Assembly (NCBI GenBank): GCA_965261915.1
Contig: CBDHDW010000013.1
Location: 1,209,813 to 1,273,812, forward strand
DNA length: 64,000 nucleotides
Direction: 5' to 3'
Source of the DNA: Candidatus Poriferihabitaceae bacterium
GTDB lineage: Bacteria > Pseudomonadota > Gammaproteobacteria > Arenicellales > Poriferihabitantaceae
Part shown: positions 1 to 10,252 of the stretch, piece by piece
Position numbering within the stretch: position 1 is the first letter of the stretch
Layout of the letters: every line of letters starts with the position of its first letter
The notes under the pieces: model-generated
Told to the model about the DNA's origin: nothing
Database searches by the model: none
What the model saw: the letters and a program-made list of their open reading frames with translations, nothing else
Translations under genes and position numbers: made by a program

Positions 1-132
1 GCGTATGAAGATATCGAGATCCGGCGCCATGCCGCCGATTACCCCGGTCAGGGTTGCCGCTAACAGCTGCTTATTGGTTGCGGTATTTTGTGCGGCAACT
101 GCGCCTAGTGCGCCTTGTGAAATGGGATCCAT
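1..132 (-). CDS. Metal-dependent membrane hydrolase (YdjM/DUF457-like), N-terminal part, runs off the window start
   Basis: Manual translation from ATG at 132: MDPISQGALGAVAAQ...GVIGGMAPDLDIFIR. The MDPxxQGxLG start and GGMAPDLD motif fit this family. Not in the ORF track. Confidence 0.7.
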   Translation of the reverse strand, partial: MDPISQGALGAVAAQNTATNKQLLAATLTGVIGGMAPDLDIFIR

Positions 133-228
133 ACAGACTTTCCGGGTAGCTGATTATCAGAGGGGGATTTATTTGTTAAGTTGAAAAAAAATTTGCTATA
201 AAGTCACTTCTTTCCCTTGGAATATCAA

Positions 229-654
229 ATGTTAGCCAAGTTCAAACTAATCGCAATCGCTTTGTTTCTGTTCGGTGTAATGGGTGCTGCATCGGCACAA
301 CAGCAAACCACTTCCCTGAGATCATGGAATGGGGGCGAATTCCATTATCCCAAGGGTAGTGCCGAGGTGACATCACAAACACTCGTTCTGGATGGAAGTA
401 AAGCGATACCATGGCATTGCCACCCGGTGCCGGTATTCGCATATATAGAGTCAGGCGTACTTGAGGTCCAAACAAAACCAGGAAAATCCCAGCAGTTTTC
501 GGCAGGACAAAGTTTCGTCGAAGTCATGAATACTGTTCATCGCGGTGTTGTTATTGAGGCTCCGGTTAAATTGATCATTTTTTATGCTGGCGCCGAAAAT
601 ACACCAAATACCGTATTGGCAGACGCTGCTGATGCCGAAACTCACTGCGAATAA
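229..654 (+). CDS. Secreted cupin-domain protein
   Basis: Signal-peptide-like N-terminus; cupin motifs PWHCHPVPVFAYIESG and FVEVMNTVHRG. ATG at 229 preferred over TTG at 217. Confidence 0.8.
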   Translation: MLAKFKLIAIALFLFGVMGAASAQQQTTSLRSWNGGEFHYPKGSAEVTSQTLVLDGSKAIPWHCHPVPVFAYIESGVLEVQTKPGKSQQFSAGQSFVEVMNTVHRGVVIEAPVKLIIFYAGAENTPNTVLADAADAETHCE

Positions 655-664
655 AACAGCTGTC

Positions 665-890
665 AACGCCGGTTTATCGATTTGAGGGCAGGATTGTTCC
701 CATGCTACCCGGAAGCGCTGTCAGCGTAGAGGTTATGGCGGCCAGCATGTTTCGTGTGATTAATTCAGAAGCGCATCAGGTTGTTGATACAGGGGCGTTC
801 GGAGGTTCTATGGCGAGCCGGCCAGCATTATCAATGGTCATATTCTCAAACAGGTTAAACGGACTGGGTATATCGTCAGTTGTTCGAGAC
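665..890 (-). pseudogene. Remnant of a DUF1989 (urea carboxylase-associated) family gene
   Basis: Minus-strand translation TDDIPSPFNLFENMTIDNAGRLAIEPP resembles the family motif DIPxPFNLFMNV...GxLxIEPP. It is surrounded by stops and frameshifts. Limits approximate. Confidence 0.4.
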
Positions 891-1099
891 ATGATCGGGT
901 GTGCTCATTTGAGAGAAATTCACGCTAAATAGCCATGCTCTTATTGATTCTTGCCGACGTATTATTCAATCACCAGGGTTTTCTGATGAAGCTGACAGTA
1001 AAATAATAACTACTTGTTTTTATTGGCTTTTCAGTTAGAATACCGCCGCCCCGAAATCCACCCGGATTTTCACCCCAATTTCTGCTTACAGGACTGATC

Positions 1100-2926
1100 A
1101 TGTCTATTGAGAATTTAAGGAATATCGCCATTATTGCCCACGTTGACCATGGCAAAACTACCCTGGTAGACAAGTTGTTGCTGCAGTCTGGGACGTTGGG
1201 TGAGCGTTTTGGACCAGTTGAACGCGTTATGGATGTCAATGATCTGGAAAAGGAAAGGGGAATTACCATCCTGTCCAAGAATACCGCAATCAAATGGAAC
1301 GACTATCGAATTAATATCGTAGATACCCCGGGACACGCTGATTTTGGCGGCGAGGTGGAGCGTGTCTTGTCGATGGTGGATTCTGTTCTTTTGCTGGTCG
1401 ATGCTGTTGAAGGACCAATGCCGCAAACTCGATTTGTCACCCAGAAGGCGTTTGCCCATGGCTTAAAGCCCATTGTTGTCATCAATAAGATTGATCGCGA
1501 TGGCGCACGGTCAGACTGGGTATTGGATCAGACTTTTGATTTGTTTGATCGCCTCGGTGCCACTGATGAGCAATTGGATTTCCCGGTGATTTATGCTTCT
1601 GCAATCGAAGGATTTGCCTCACTCGAGGCCGATACCCGGACCGATGATATGACGCCGTTGTTTGAAACAATTGTTAATCGAGTGAGTCCGCCTGATGTGA
1701 ATGTGGATGGCGCATTTCAAATGCAAATCTCATCACTGGATTACTCGAAGTATGTTGGGAGCATAGGTGTGGGCCGGATTACACGCGGCCGTATCAATCT
1801 TAAGTCTCCGGTATCGGTAATTGACCGGGAAGGTAAACAGCGAAACGGGCGGGTGGTGCAAATTTTTGGTTTTCACGGACTTGAGAAAGTCGAGGTTGAC
1901 TCCGCCAGTGCCGGGGATATCATTGCCGTTACCGGTATTGAGGGGCTCGGTATTTCCGATACGCTTTGCGATCCGATGACACCGCAGGCATTGCCTCCCT
2001 TAAGCGTTGACGAGCCGACGGTAAGAATGAATTTTCAGGTTAATACGTCTCCTTTTGCCGGCAAGGACGGCAAGTTCGTTACATCCAGGCAGATTGGAGA
2101 ACGATTGCAACAGGAGCTGATGCATAACGTTGCGCTGCGGGTCGAACCGACTGAAGATCCGGATGTGTTTGCAGTTTCCGGCCGCGGTGAATTGCATCTC
2201 GGCATTCTGCTCGAAACCATGCGCCGGGAAGGTTATGAAATAGCCGTATCCCGACCGCAGGCAATCTACAAAACCATCGACGATGTATTGTGTGAGCCCT
2301 GGGAAGAGCTCAGCGTCGATGTTGAAGAAGTCAATCAGGGTGCGGTCATGGAAGCCCTTGGTATTCGAGGCGGCAACCTCCAGGACATGCGGCCTGACGG
2401 CAAAGGCCGGGTTCGATTACAGTACAGTATTCCCGCTCGTGGTTTAATCGGTTTTCAAACCGAGTTCATGACACTGACCTCAGGTAGCGGGCTGATTTAC
2501 CATGTATTTGATCAATATGCGGCAGTCGCCGGCGGTGAAATCAGTAGCCGACACAATGGTGCGTTAATTTCCACATCAATGGGTAAATCACTGGCATTTG
2601 CGCTTTGGAATTTGCAGGAACGAGGACGCTTGTTTATCAAACCAAACACCGAGGTGTATGAAGGCCAGATTATCGGCTTGCATTCCCGCGACAACGATTT
2701 GGTCGTGAACCCGCTAAAAGGTAAACAACTGACAAACGTTCGCGCATCCGGCAAAGACGACAGCATCGTGCTGGAGCCACCCATTCGACTAACGCTGGAA
2801 TCGGCGATCGAACTCATCGACGATGATGAGCTGGTGGAAATCACACCACAAAGTATTCGAATCCGTAAAAGGCTTTTAAAAGAACACCAACGAAAAACCG
2901 CTTCTCGATTGAAGAAATCGGCTTAA
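1100..2926 (+). CDS. typA: Translational GTPase TypA/BipA
   Basis: 608 aa; [42 protein letters not shown], BipA C-terminus [12 protein letters not shown]. Confidence 0.98.
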   Translation: MSIENLRNIAIIAHVDHGKTTLVDKLLLQSGTLGERFGPVERVMDVNDLEKERGITILSKNTAIKWNDYRINIVDTPGHADFGGEVERVLSMVDSVLLLVDAVEGPMPQTRFVTQKAFAHGLKPIVVINKIDRDGARSDWVLDQTFDLFDRLGATDEQLDFPVIYASAIEGFASLEADTRTDDMTPLFETIVNRVSPPDVNVDGAFQMQISSLDYSKYVGSIGVGRITRGRINLKSPVSVIDREGKQRNGRVVQIFGFHGLEKVEVDSASAGDIIAVTGIEGLGISDTLCDPMTPQALPPLSVDEPTVRMNFQVNTSPFAGKDGKFVTSRQIGERLQQELMHNVALRVEPTEDPDVFAVSGRGELHLGILLETMRREGYEIAVSRPQAIYKTIDDVLCEPWEELSVDVEEVNQGAVMEALGIRGGNLQDMRPDGKGRVRLQYSIPARGLIGFQTEFMTLTSGSGLIYHVFDQYAAVAGGEISSRHNGALISTSMGKSLAFALWNLQERGRLFIKPNTEVYEGQIIGLHSRDNDLVVNPLKGKQLTNVRASGKDDSIVLEPPIRLTLESAIELIDDDELVEITPQSIRIRKRLLKEHQRKTASRLKKSA

Positions 2927-2946
2927 GTTTGAAGCTCGGCGAGTAA

Positions 2947-3144
2947 TTCTTCCTGATAGACGATGCCAAGCAGATTGGATACAAGGAAATGCTGCCCGAT
3001 AGCGACCCTTGCATGAGTAATGCCCATGAAACCTATCGAGAACTCGGGTTTGAGGAGACTGAAGCCTATGCGGAAGCAGAAATGGATGGTAACGATTATT
3101 CCCAGCGCATGACTTTTATGAAACTGGACCTGGCAGATTTATGA
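2947..3144 (+). pseudogene. C-terminal remnant of a GNAT acetyltransferase
   Basis: LIDDAKQIGYKEMLPDSDPCMSNAHETYRELGFEETEAY...FMKLDL* matches GNAT motif B. In-frame TAA at 2944 and no N-terminal half. Confidence 0.55.
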
Positions 3145-3205
3145 CCGCTTCGGGCAAATAGCCGACAGTCCGTTAGGTGCTCGTTTCGGTCACTCGAACT
3201 GACAC

Positions 3206-3232
3206 AAAAAACCCTGCCTTAAGCAGGGCTTT
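3206..3232 (-). terminator. Rho-independent terminator of the cold-shock gene
   Basis: Minus strand reads AAAGCCCTGC-TTAAG-GCAGGG-TTTTTT, about 20 nt after the csp stop. Confidence 0.75.
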
Positions 3233-3251
3233 CAGATAAAGCGAATTTGGT

Positions 3252-3452
3252 TTATTGAGCTACAACATTTGTCGCTGCCGGGCCTTTAGGGCCATCTTCA
3301 ATATCAAATTGTACACTTTGGCCTTCTGTCAAAGACTTGAAACCAGATCCTGCGATCGAGCGAAAGTGGACGAATAAATCTGCACCTTCTTCTTGAGAGA
3401 TAAAACCAAAACCTTTTGCTTCATTGAACCACTTGACGATTCCTGTATTCAT
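3252..3452 (-). CDS. Cold-shock protein (CspA family)
   Basis: 66 aa; [12 protein letters not shown] (RNP1) and LFVHFRSI (RNP2). Confidence 0.97.
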   Translation of the reverse strand: MNTGIVKWFNEAKGFGFISQEEGADLFVHFRSIAGSGFKSLTEGQSVQFDIEDGPKGPAATNVVAQ

Positions 3453-3747
3453 AATATGAACCTGTAAAAATAATTAAAATATAATAGCTGGCACGAACAA
3501 CGAGGAAATATCAAAGAGAAACACGAGCCGAACATCTAGAAAAGGAAACCCGGAAACCCAAGCGGTAGAAACTTAATAAACCTGCTAACCCTAGCAGCTA
3601 GCGCGAGGATACACGAAAAGGTAATTAAAAGATAGTGCAATATATAACGCACCGGAGCAATAGGGCGAGACTCGATTTGGAATAGGTTGCTATCCACTTA
3701 AGGGCAAGTATAGATCGTGGCAGGAGAGCGCGTTAAACTCTCACAGC

Positions 3748-4082
3748 ATGAAAAATGAACTTAAACTTGAGCTTTATCACTCCACATGGGCGATGGAGCG
3801 GCGTCACCCTGACTATCCGCAATGGGATTTACACGAACAAAGCGATAGGGTGGCCAGCAATGGCTGGTTCAATTTTATAAATGGTGGGATTTCGGTATGC
3901 GCTCTTTTATCGACAGAAACCCGGACAATGCCGTCTTTAACTTTACTTGCGAGTTGGGTCCGCCGGACTGTGCCATTACCGATGAAAACGGATATGAGTT
4001 ATCAGACCGATGGCAGGAAAGCCTGGTGCTGAAAAATAAAGCAGAGGAAATCTGGCAGCGAGCGATTCAGGAAAGTGATTAA
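3748..4082 (+). pseudogene. Internally deleted xylose-isomerase-like TIM-barrel (sugar phosphate isomerase/epimerase) gene
   Basis: N-terminus LELYHSTWAMERR...WDLHEQSDRVASNG is joined out of frame at about 3854-3865 to the C-terminus QQWLVQFYKWWDFGMRSF...FTCELGPP.AITDENGYELSDRWQESL. The middle is missing. Confidence 0.65.
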
Positions 4083-5991
4083 GTTTCAAAACCTGGCGTT
4101 AAGGCAGGGAAAGCAATTGTTGTTTGAGTCGGTGAATCAGGATATTCACGATGGCGAGAAAGTCGGCTTGGCAGGTGACAATGGCACCGGTAAATCCAGC
4201 CTGTTTCAGGCGATTCTTGGCGAGATTCATTCCGATCAGGGCGAAATTATTTTACCGAGGGATATGCGAATTTCCCACGTAGCCCAGGAAACACCAAACA
4301 ACGCTCAGTCTGCACTGGAGCATGTGCTTGATGGCGATACGGTTTACCGTGAAACGGAATACGCTCTGCAAAAACTCAATGGCGAACATACCGAACAAAC
4401 CGCGAAGCTGTATACCCAAATGGAAGATATTGACGGCTATAGCGCCCGCGCACGGGGTGCCAAATTACTTTCAGGGTTAGGGTTTAAGGCCAGTGAACAC
4501 GGAAACGAGACAAAATCGTTTTCTGGGGGGTGGCGGGTTCGCTTGAATTTGGCTAAAGCACTGATGGCGCCGTCTGATTTATTGTTACTGGATGAACCAA
4601 CCAATCACCTCGACCTGGATGCCATCGTCTGGCTGGAAGAGTGGTTAAAGAAATATCCCGGTACGTTAATCATGGTCAGCCATGATCGTGATTTCATTGA
4701 CGGCTGTTGTCGAAAAATTATGCATATTGAGAACCAGCAGATTCGCGCTTATGTCGGCAACTATTCTCAATTTGAGCGCCAGCGCGGGGAGCGACTGGCG
4801 AACGAGCAAAGTATGTTCGAAAAGCAGCAGCGAAAAATTGCGCATATGGAAAATTATATCCGGCGATTTCGGTACAAGGCGGATAAGGCGAAGCAGGCTC
4901 AGAGTCGGATCAAGGCGCTGGAGAAGATGCAGCGAATTGTTCCCGCTCACGTCGGTTCGCCATTTAATTTTAAATTTTTACCCTGTGATCGTCTCTCGGA
5001 TCCGATGCTGAAATTGGAAAACGTCGATGCCGGTTACGGTGATAATGTGGTTCTCAAAGAGGTTACGTTGTCGATTGCCGGTGGTGATCGAATTGGATTG
5101 CTGGGTGCTAACGGAGCGGGTAAATCAACGTTGATCAAAATTATGGCGGCTGAATTGGTGGCGCTAACGGGTCATCGCCAGGAAACCAAACATTTGAATA
5201 TGGGTTATTTCGCCCAGCATCAACTGGAACAACTCGATGCCGCATTGACGCCGATGAAGCAGTTCCAACGACTGTATCCGTCGGTAACCACTCAGCAGGT
5301 CAGAAATTTTCTTGGCGGCTTTGATTTTCGTGGAGAACGGGTAGACCAGCCGATTGGCCCATTTTCCGGTGGTGAGAAAGCGCGTCTGGCGTTGGCGTTA
5401 ATCATTTATAACAAGCCAAATTTACTTTTACTGGATGAACCAACCAACCATCTGGATATGGAAATGCGCCATGCGTTGACCATGGCGATGCAAAGTTACG
5501 AAGGCGCAATCATTCTGGTATCCCATGATCGCAGTTTGATCAATAGTGTGACAGATCGACTGATCCTGATACGAAATGGCAGAGTGGATGAATTTAAGGA
5601 AGATATGGATGCCTATCTGCGCGTTCTCAAGCAATCACATACAGATGCCCCGGGCGATGACGAAAAGGCGCGCAGCGAATCTGAACCCGGAATGTCGAAG
5701 AAGCAACGCCGTCAGTATTTGGCGCAGCGACGAAACGAGGTTAAACCGAAGCGTGATGCAGCTAAAAAACTTGAAAAGGAGATGCAAAAAATACAGGGTG
5801 AAATTGATAAGCTGGCGGTAATTCTAAATAACCCGGAAACCTACGAAACCGAAAGCACCGCGAATCTGGCCGGCATGATGCAAAACAAATCCGATCTTGA
5901 TCACCAGCTAAAACAAACCGAAGCCAGTTGGTATGAATCAGCGGAAGAGTTGGAAACACTAGAGCAGTCCCTGCAGCAAGTAACGGGATAA
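4075..5991 (+). CDS. ABC-F family ATP-binding protein (YheS-like)
   Basis: Two ABC domains (GDNGTGKS, FSGGWRVR, LLLDEPTNHLD; GANGAGKS, FSGGEKAR), inter-domain linker, C-terminal coiled coil, no TM segments. Confidence 0.93.
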   Translation: MIKFQNLALRQGKQLLFESVNQDIHDGEKVGLAGDNGTGKSSLFQAILGEIHSDQGEIILPRDMRISHVAQETPNNAQSALEHVLDGDTVYRETEYALQKLNGEHTEQTAKLYTQMEDIDGYSARARGAKLLSGLGFKASEHGNETKSFSGGWRVRLNLAKALMAPSDLLLLDEPTNHLDLDAIVWLEEWLKKYPGTLIMVSHDRDFIDGCCRKIMHIENQQIRAYVGNYSQFERQRGERLANEQSMFEKQQRKIAHMENYIRRFRYKADKAKQAQSRIKALEKMQRIVPAHVGSPFNFKFLPCDRLSDPMLKLENVDAGYGDNVVLKEVTLSIAGGDRIGLLGANGAGKSTLIKIMAAELVALTGHRQETKHLNMGYFAQHQLEQLDAALTPMKQFQRLYPSVTTQQVRNFLGGFDFRGERVDQPIGPFSGGEKARLALALIIYNKPNLLLLDEPTNHLDMEMRHALTMAMQSYEGAIILVSHDRSLINSVTDRLILIRNGRVDEFKEDMDAYLRVLKQSHTDAPGDDEKARSESEPGMSKKQRRQYLAQRRNEVKPKRDAAKKLEKEMQKIQGEIDKLAVILNNPETYETESTANLAGMMQNKSDLDHQLKQTEASWYESAEELETLEQSLQQVTG

Positions 5992-6225
5992 CGGGATGTC
6001 TTCGGTCGTATTACTTACCCCAGGCCGCGAAGTACCGGTTAAGGTATTAGCCATGACCCAGGCTAATCCCGATAAAATGCGATTCATAAATGATCAGCGA
6101 ACAACCGCTTATCGCAGCGCAATGTATCAGTCAAAAGACCACAACTATGATGGCGAGACAGAGCGGATAAGGACTGGTGCGTTGGTTAGACAGGCATTCC
6201 CCGGAATACAAAGACTAAAAATACT

Positions 6226-7383
6226 TCAAACAGATATTTTTGCGATTTCGTGAAATGCAGTAAAACAGGCATCGTTAATTTCGTCGTTCAATGGATCGGG
6301 CGATGACGAAAACCGGCCAATAACCGTTTGCGTTTTCGGGTTAATAAATAGTTGTTGACCGTGTATCCCGCGACCATGAATGCAATTATCTTCATCCCCA
6401 AACTGGTACCACTTATTTCGATATTTTCCATTAGGGATTCGATGAGCGTAATAACCTTTGAGCCAGACGTCTCGATCCCCATTGTTCATGGTGTCGTCAA
6501 TCCAGTGCTCGGATAAAATCTGTTTGCCATTGACCTGACCGCGATCAACAAATAATTGCCCCAGTTTAACGAAGTCCCGAATCGTTAAGCAGATGCCGCC
6601 AGCAGCCCTGCCAATGCCGTATTTATCAACGGTGACATAACCCTCATCCTCGGCACCAATGGGTTGCCATAAATATTCGCTAAACAAATCCGCCAAAGGC
6701 TTGCCAGCTGATCGTTCCAGAACAAGTCCAAGCAAATCCGAATTTGGTGAACGATACAAATACTGTTTGCCGTGAGCTTGATCCAGCTGTTTTAATGAAT
6801 ACAAAAAGGCTTCCAGCCCCGGGCCGTCAGCGGTTTGATCAGCAGGATTCCAGGCAGTAGCGGCCCGGTACTGCCTATATTCACTTTCCGTGTCAGAATA
6901 ATTTTCTTCAAAATTCAGCGAAACAGTCATATCGAGCACATGACGCAAGCTGCAGTTTTCGTAGACGCTGCCTTTGATCCCCGGCAAATAATCGATAACA
7001 TCAGCTGCGCTATTGAAAAGTCCGTGGTTCTCAAGAATTCCCGCAAGCATGGCAGTGGTCGATTTACTGATTGAGAACAGGATATGCGGGTTTGCAGGGT
7101 TGAAATAATCAGCCTTCCATTCGTAGGCAATAGCGCTATTCTTCAGTACCATTAAACAATCAGTGTGGCTGTGTTTTAACAAATCCTCAAATCGACACTC
7201 ACCGGCAGGAGACTTTACCTGAAGGTTACCGATATCTTCTGGGCGGTGCGGAAAGGATCGCTTAAAGTGTTCCGAACGGCGAATGGGCGCACTGGCAATG
7301 ATTTCGCGAACATTTTGAAAGGCCCATTGACTGTTTGGATGTTCTCTCCAGTTTGCCAGCGTAAGATTGTCAGGTCGATTCAT
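6226..7383 (-). CDS. Serine hydrolase, beta-lactamase class C / NylB (6-aminohexanoate-dimer hydrolase)-like
   Basis: FSISKS (SxxK), YRSPNSDLLG, GRGIHGQ motifs; N-terminal NWREHP..WAFQNVRE. Confidence 0.85.
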   Translation of the reverse strand: MNRPDNLTLANWREHPNSQWAFQNVREIIASAPIRRSEHFKRSFPHRPEDIGNLQVKSPAGECRFEDLLKHSHTDCLMVLKNSAIAYEWKADYFNPANPHILFSISKSTTAMLAGILENHGLFNSAADVIDYLPGIKGSVYENCSLRHVLDMTVSLNFEENYSDTESEYRQYRAATAWNPADQTADGPGLEAFLYSLKQLDQAHGKQYLYRSPNSDLLGLVLERSAGKPLADLFSEYLWQPIGAEDEGYVTVDKYGIGRAAGGICLTIRDFVKLGQLFVDRGQVNGKQILSEHWIDDTMNNGDRDVWLKGYYAHRIPNGKYRNKWYQFGDEDNCIHGRGIHGQQLFINPKTQTVIGRFSSSPDPLNDEINDACFTAFHEIAKISV

Positions 7384-7465
7384 TAAATTTGGTTAAAATG
7401 ACTATTTGTTGATTGTCAGGAATAATAGCAGTCGAGCAATCAGGTTTTGAAGAAATATTTGGGAG

Positions 7466-7525
7466 ATGATGATGAATCAATCAAAACCGAAAGCCATTGT
7501 GTTAGGCGTTGGCCCGAAAGGGGGT
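7466..7525 (+). pseudogene. Possible N-terminal scrap of a short-chain dehydrogenase
   Basis: GGGAG RBS followed by MNQSKPKAIVLGVGPKGG, resembling a Rossmann beta1/Gly loop, then no continuation. Confidence 0.3.
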
Positions 7526-7612
7526 TGCGGCGGTGTAGACATTAATTTACAGAAAAATCGCTTCAGGTCCGAGTATACTACTGCGGATTGCGCTGAAATC
7601 GAATATCAATCC

Positions 7613-7919
7613 ATGTATAACATCGCCATCGTTCCCGAGGACTTTGAAGTGCCGGGTCAATTGCTCACTGAAGCGTACATCATTCGCCTATACCGTGGTC
7701 AGCCACGACGAATCCCGCGTTTTCGGCTGCATGTACATCTATCCAACGACTAAAGCAGACTATGACGTGGAAGTCACAATGTGGCTAAGGAAGTCCGAGG
7801 CCACATTGGATACCCATTTGTTTGAAACAGTGAATCAGTGGATACACAATGATTGGCCATTCAGGAATCCGGTTTTTCCAGGCCGGACTATCGGTTGGGA
7901 TGAATGGGATAGCCTGTAA
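7613..7919 (+). pseudogene. Internally deleted GNAT-like acetyltransferase gene
   Basis: N-terminus IVPEDFEVPGQLLTEAYIIRL switches frame at CATTCGCCTA (7681-7690) to SFAYTVVSHDESRVFGCMYIYP...WPFRNPVFPGR. Both halves fit one family and the central part is absent. Confidence 0.6.
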
Positions 7920-7937
7920 ACGATTGAGAAACAGATT

Positions 7938-8393
7938 ATGACGATAATGAAACTGCACTCTGAACCATTACAAGACGAATGGCTCGATGCCTATGGCCAT
8001 TTAAATGAAGCCTATTATCTGCTGCCCTTTACCAATACAACCTGGATCATGCAGGATCATTTTGGAATTGGGGTGCCGTATTTCGAAGAAACCGGCTGCG
8101 CCATCTATACCGTCGAAACCCATCTGCGTTATTTAAACGATGTTCGTAAACCGGCGATGATCGAAGTTGAGTCGATGATTTTGGGCTCAGATGCTAAAAA
8201 GATCTGGTTTGCCCATGAAATGATAGTGGATGGTAAAACTTGTGCAACCGCCGAGTTTATGGTGCTGCACTACAACACGCGAGAAAACAGAACCACGGAA
8301 ATGCCCAGGGAAACCCAGCAAAAGCTGAGTTCTGTCAGGCTTGAAACCTTACCGGATTGGGTGGGGCGGCAGATTAGCCTGGTTAAAAAATAA
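7938..8393 (+). CDS. Hotdog-fold thioesterase family protein
   Basis: EWLDAYGHLNEAYY motif, YTVETHLRYL; 151 aa. Confidence 0.85.
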   Translation: MTIMKLHSEPLQDEWLDAYGHLNEAYYLLPFTNTTWIMQDHFGIGVPYFEETGCAIYTVETHLRYLNDVRKPAMIEVESMILGSDAKKIWFAHEMIVDGKTCATAEFMVLHYNTRENRTTEMPRETQQKLSSVRLETLPDWVGRQISLVKK

Positions 8394-8514
8394 CGTTACC
8401 CGGTGCATTCCTGATCGTAGCGTTCCATAACAGCGGATCGCTGTAATGGTTTCAATTCAGCCTTTCAATTATCCAATGACCTTGCTCGCCTGGGAGGGCG
8501 CGGCCGCATTGGTT

Positions 8515-10164
8515 CCCCAATCCCCAGATAGAAATCTCTTAAACGCAGGAAGCCTTGGCTGTATAATGGTTTGCTCTTAAACCCACCATCACCCAATGGG
8601 TGCACAGCTCAAGGCTGATGACTATTCTACCCTACAAACTCGATACAACGAACGATTTACTCACCTCTCGTGCCGGTTTATTGGCGATTGCTCAACTAAT
8701 GGACTCCCTGAACCTGTCTGAGCGAATCGACAAGCACTTCCCCCAGCCTAAAAGCAATCGTGGGTATAAGCCCTCGGAGTTCATCAAGACCCTCATCCTG
8801 ATGCAGCATGAAGGCAGTTTTCACCTGGATGAGGTTCGCAACCTTCAGGATGATGAAGCACTGCGCACCGTGCTGGATCTCAAGAAACTTCCCCAGGCGA
8901 CCACGATTGGAGATTGGCTCAGGCGAATGGGAAGCCAGCCGCAAATCCAGGCTGCCTGGGTAAAGGTGAATAAAGCCTTATTGAAGGTAGCCTTGCATCG
9001 CTGTAAGGAAGTCACACTGGACATTGATGCCACTGAAATTGTTGCCCATAAAGCGGGTGCACGGTGGACTTACAACAAGAACAAGGGTTTTATGCCGATG
9101 GTCGGGCATATTGCGGAAACCGGGCAGATCGTGGCCGTGGATTTCCGTCACGGCAATGTGCCGCCAGCGAAAGATAATAAGCCGTTTATCCAGCAATGCC
9201 AGCAGTCGCTCCCGGAAGACTGTACCGTGAAGGCGTTGCGTATTGATGCCGCCGGCTACCAAACAAAAGTCATTGAGTATTGTGATAAGCAGGGTATCGA
9301 GTATGCCATTCGCGCCAAGACCAGCGCCGCACTGCGCGCGCAGATAGCAGCGGCAAGCGCTTCGGACTGGCAGCCTTTGCTGGATAAAAAAGACAAAGCG
9401 GTCAATGGTCAGGATACCTACCGCACCAGTTTCTGCATCGGTGAGTATGAAAAACCCTTCACCCTTATCATTCAGAGAACAGCCGTTACCGGCCAGGCGA
9501 GTCTGGATTTAGATTCATCAGATAACTCAGAAAACAGTTCAGAGGAAATAAACTCAGGTGCTTATATTTATCGTGCGATTGCCACTAATCGGGATAGCCT
9601 TAGCGATAGCGAGATTGTCCACTGGTACAACCAGCGTGGCGAGGACAGCGAGAACCGAATCAAGGAACTGAAACGAGATTTTGGTGGCGACACCCTGCCG
9701 TGTTCAGATTTTGCTGCCAATGTGCTGTACTTTTTAATCTCCGCACTCTCCTGCAATCTATGTGCCCTCATGCGTCAGTTGCTGCCGGGGGAGTTGTCCC
9801 AGCATCGTGCGATAACACTGCGCTGGCGGCTGTACGCCATCGCGGCAAAAGTGGTCAGGACGGGACGTCAACTCTTGGTAAAAATGCGGGAAAACCACCG
9901 ACTACTACTGGAACGAGTGCTGCTGGCACTGAAGGAGTTTGAAGCGCCGCCCATTTAACCCGACATAGAACAAGAATAACGGCTTCTGCAGGACAGGTGC
10001 GTCAAAAATAGCCGATTTAGCACTGATAATGCACCGAACAGCGGTTTTTGAGTAAACCTCTCGGCACTAGCTACCATAATTTGCTGTAATGGCCAGCCAC
10101 AAGGCTTGAAAGAGGGATTCACCGAGCCTTGAAGCGCTGATGCTACTCTATCTGGGGATTTGGG
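8515..10164 (+). mobile_element. IS1380-family insertion sequence, copy 1 (1650 bp)
   Basis: Terminal IRs CCCCAATCCCCAGATAG / CTATCTGGGGATTTGGG; 5-bp target duplication TGGTT at 8510-8514 and 10165-10169. Confidence 0.93.
8600..9958 (+). CDS. IS1380-family DDE transposase (true start may be ATG at 8618)
   Basis: TSRAGL, TLDIDAT, RIDAAGY, YNQRGEDSENRIKELK motifs. Confidence 0.93.
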   Translation: MHSSRLMTILPYKLDTTNDLLTSRAGLLAIAQLMDSLNLSERIDKHFPQPKSNRGYKPSEFIKTLILMQHEGSFHLDEVRNLQDDEALRTVLDLKKLPQATTIGDWLRRMGSQPQIQAAWVKVNKALLKVALHRCKEVTLDIDATEIVAHKAGARWTYNKNKGFMPMVGHIAETGQIVAVDFRHGNVPPAKDNKPFIQQCQQSLPEDCTVKALRIDAAGYQTKVIEYCDKQGIEYAIRAKTSAALRAQIAAASASDWQPLLDKKDKAVNGQDTYRTSFCIGEYEKPFTLIIQRTAVTGQASLDLDSSDNSENSSEEINSGAYIYRAIATNRDSLSDSEIVHWYNQRGEDSENRIKELKRDFGGDTLPCSDFAANVLYFLISALSCNLCALMRQLLPGELSQHRAITLRWRLYAIAAKVVRTGRQLLVKMRENHRLLLERVLLALKEFEAPPI

Positions 10165-10252
10165 TGGTTTAAAGGTTGACTATTTATTATTTATATGTCA
10201 TTTTTCTCTCGCGTCAAAGACTCAAAAGTTTTACCACTAAGCTACTTTTTAT

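Noticed and set aside
3453-3640. cspA-type 5' UTR thermoregulator
   Set aside because: A long upstream spacer exists, but I could not fix a promoter with correct spacing or verify the structure by eye.
5996-6253. 85-aa ORF after the ABC-F gene
   Set aside because: No recognisable motif and it overlaps the convergent hydrolase; may be debris.
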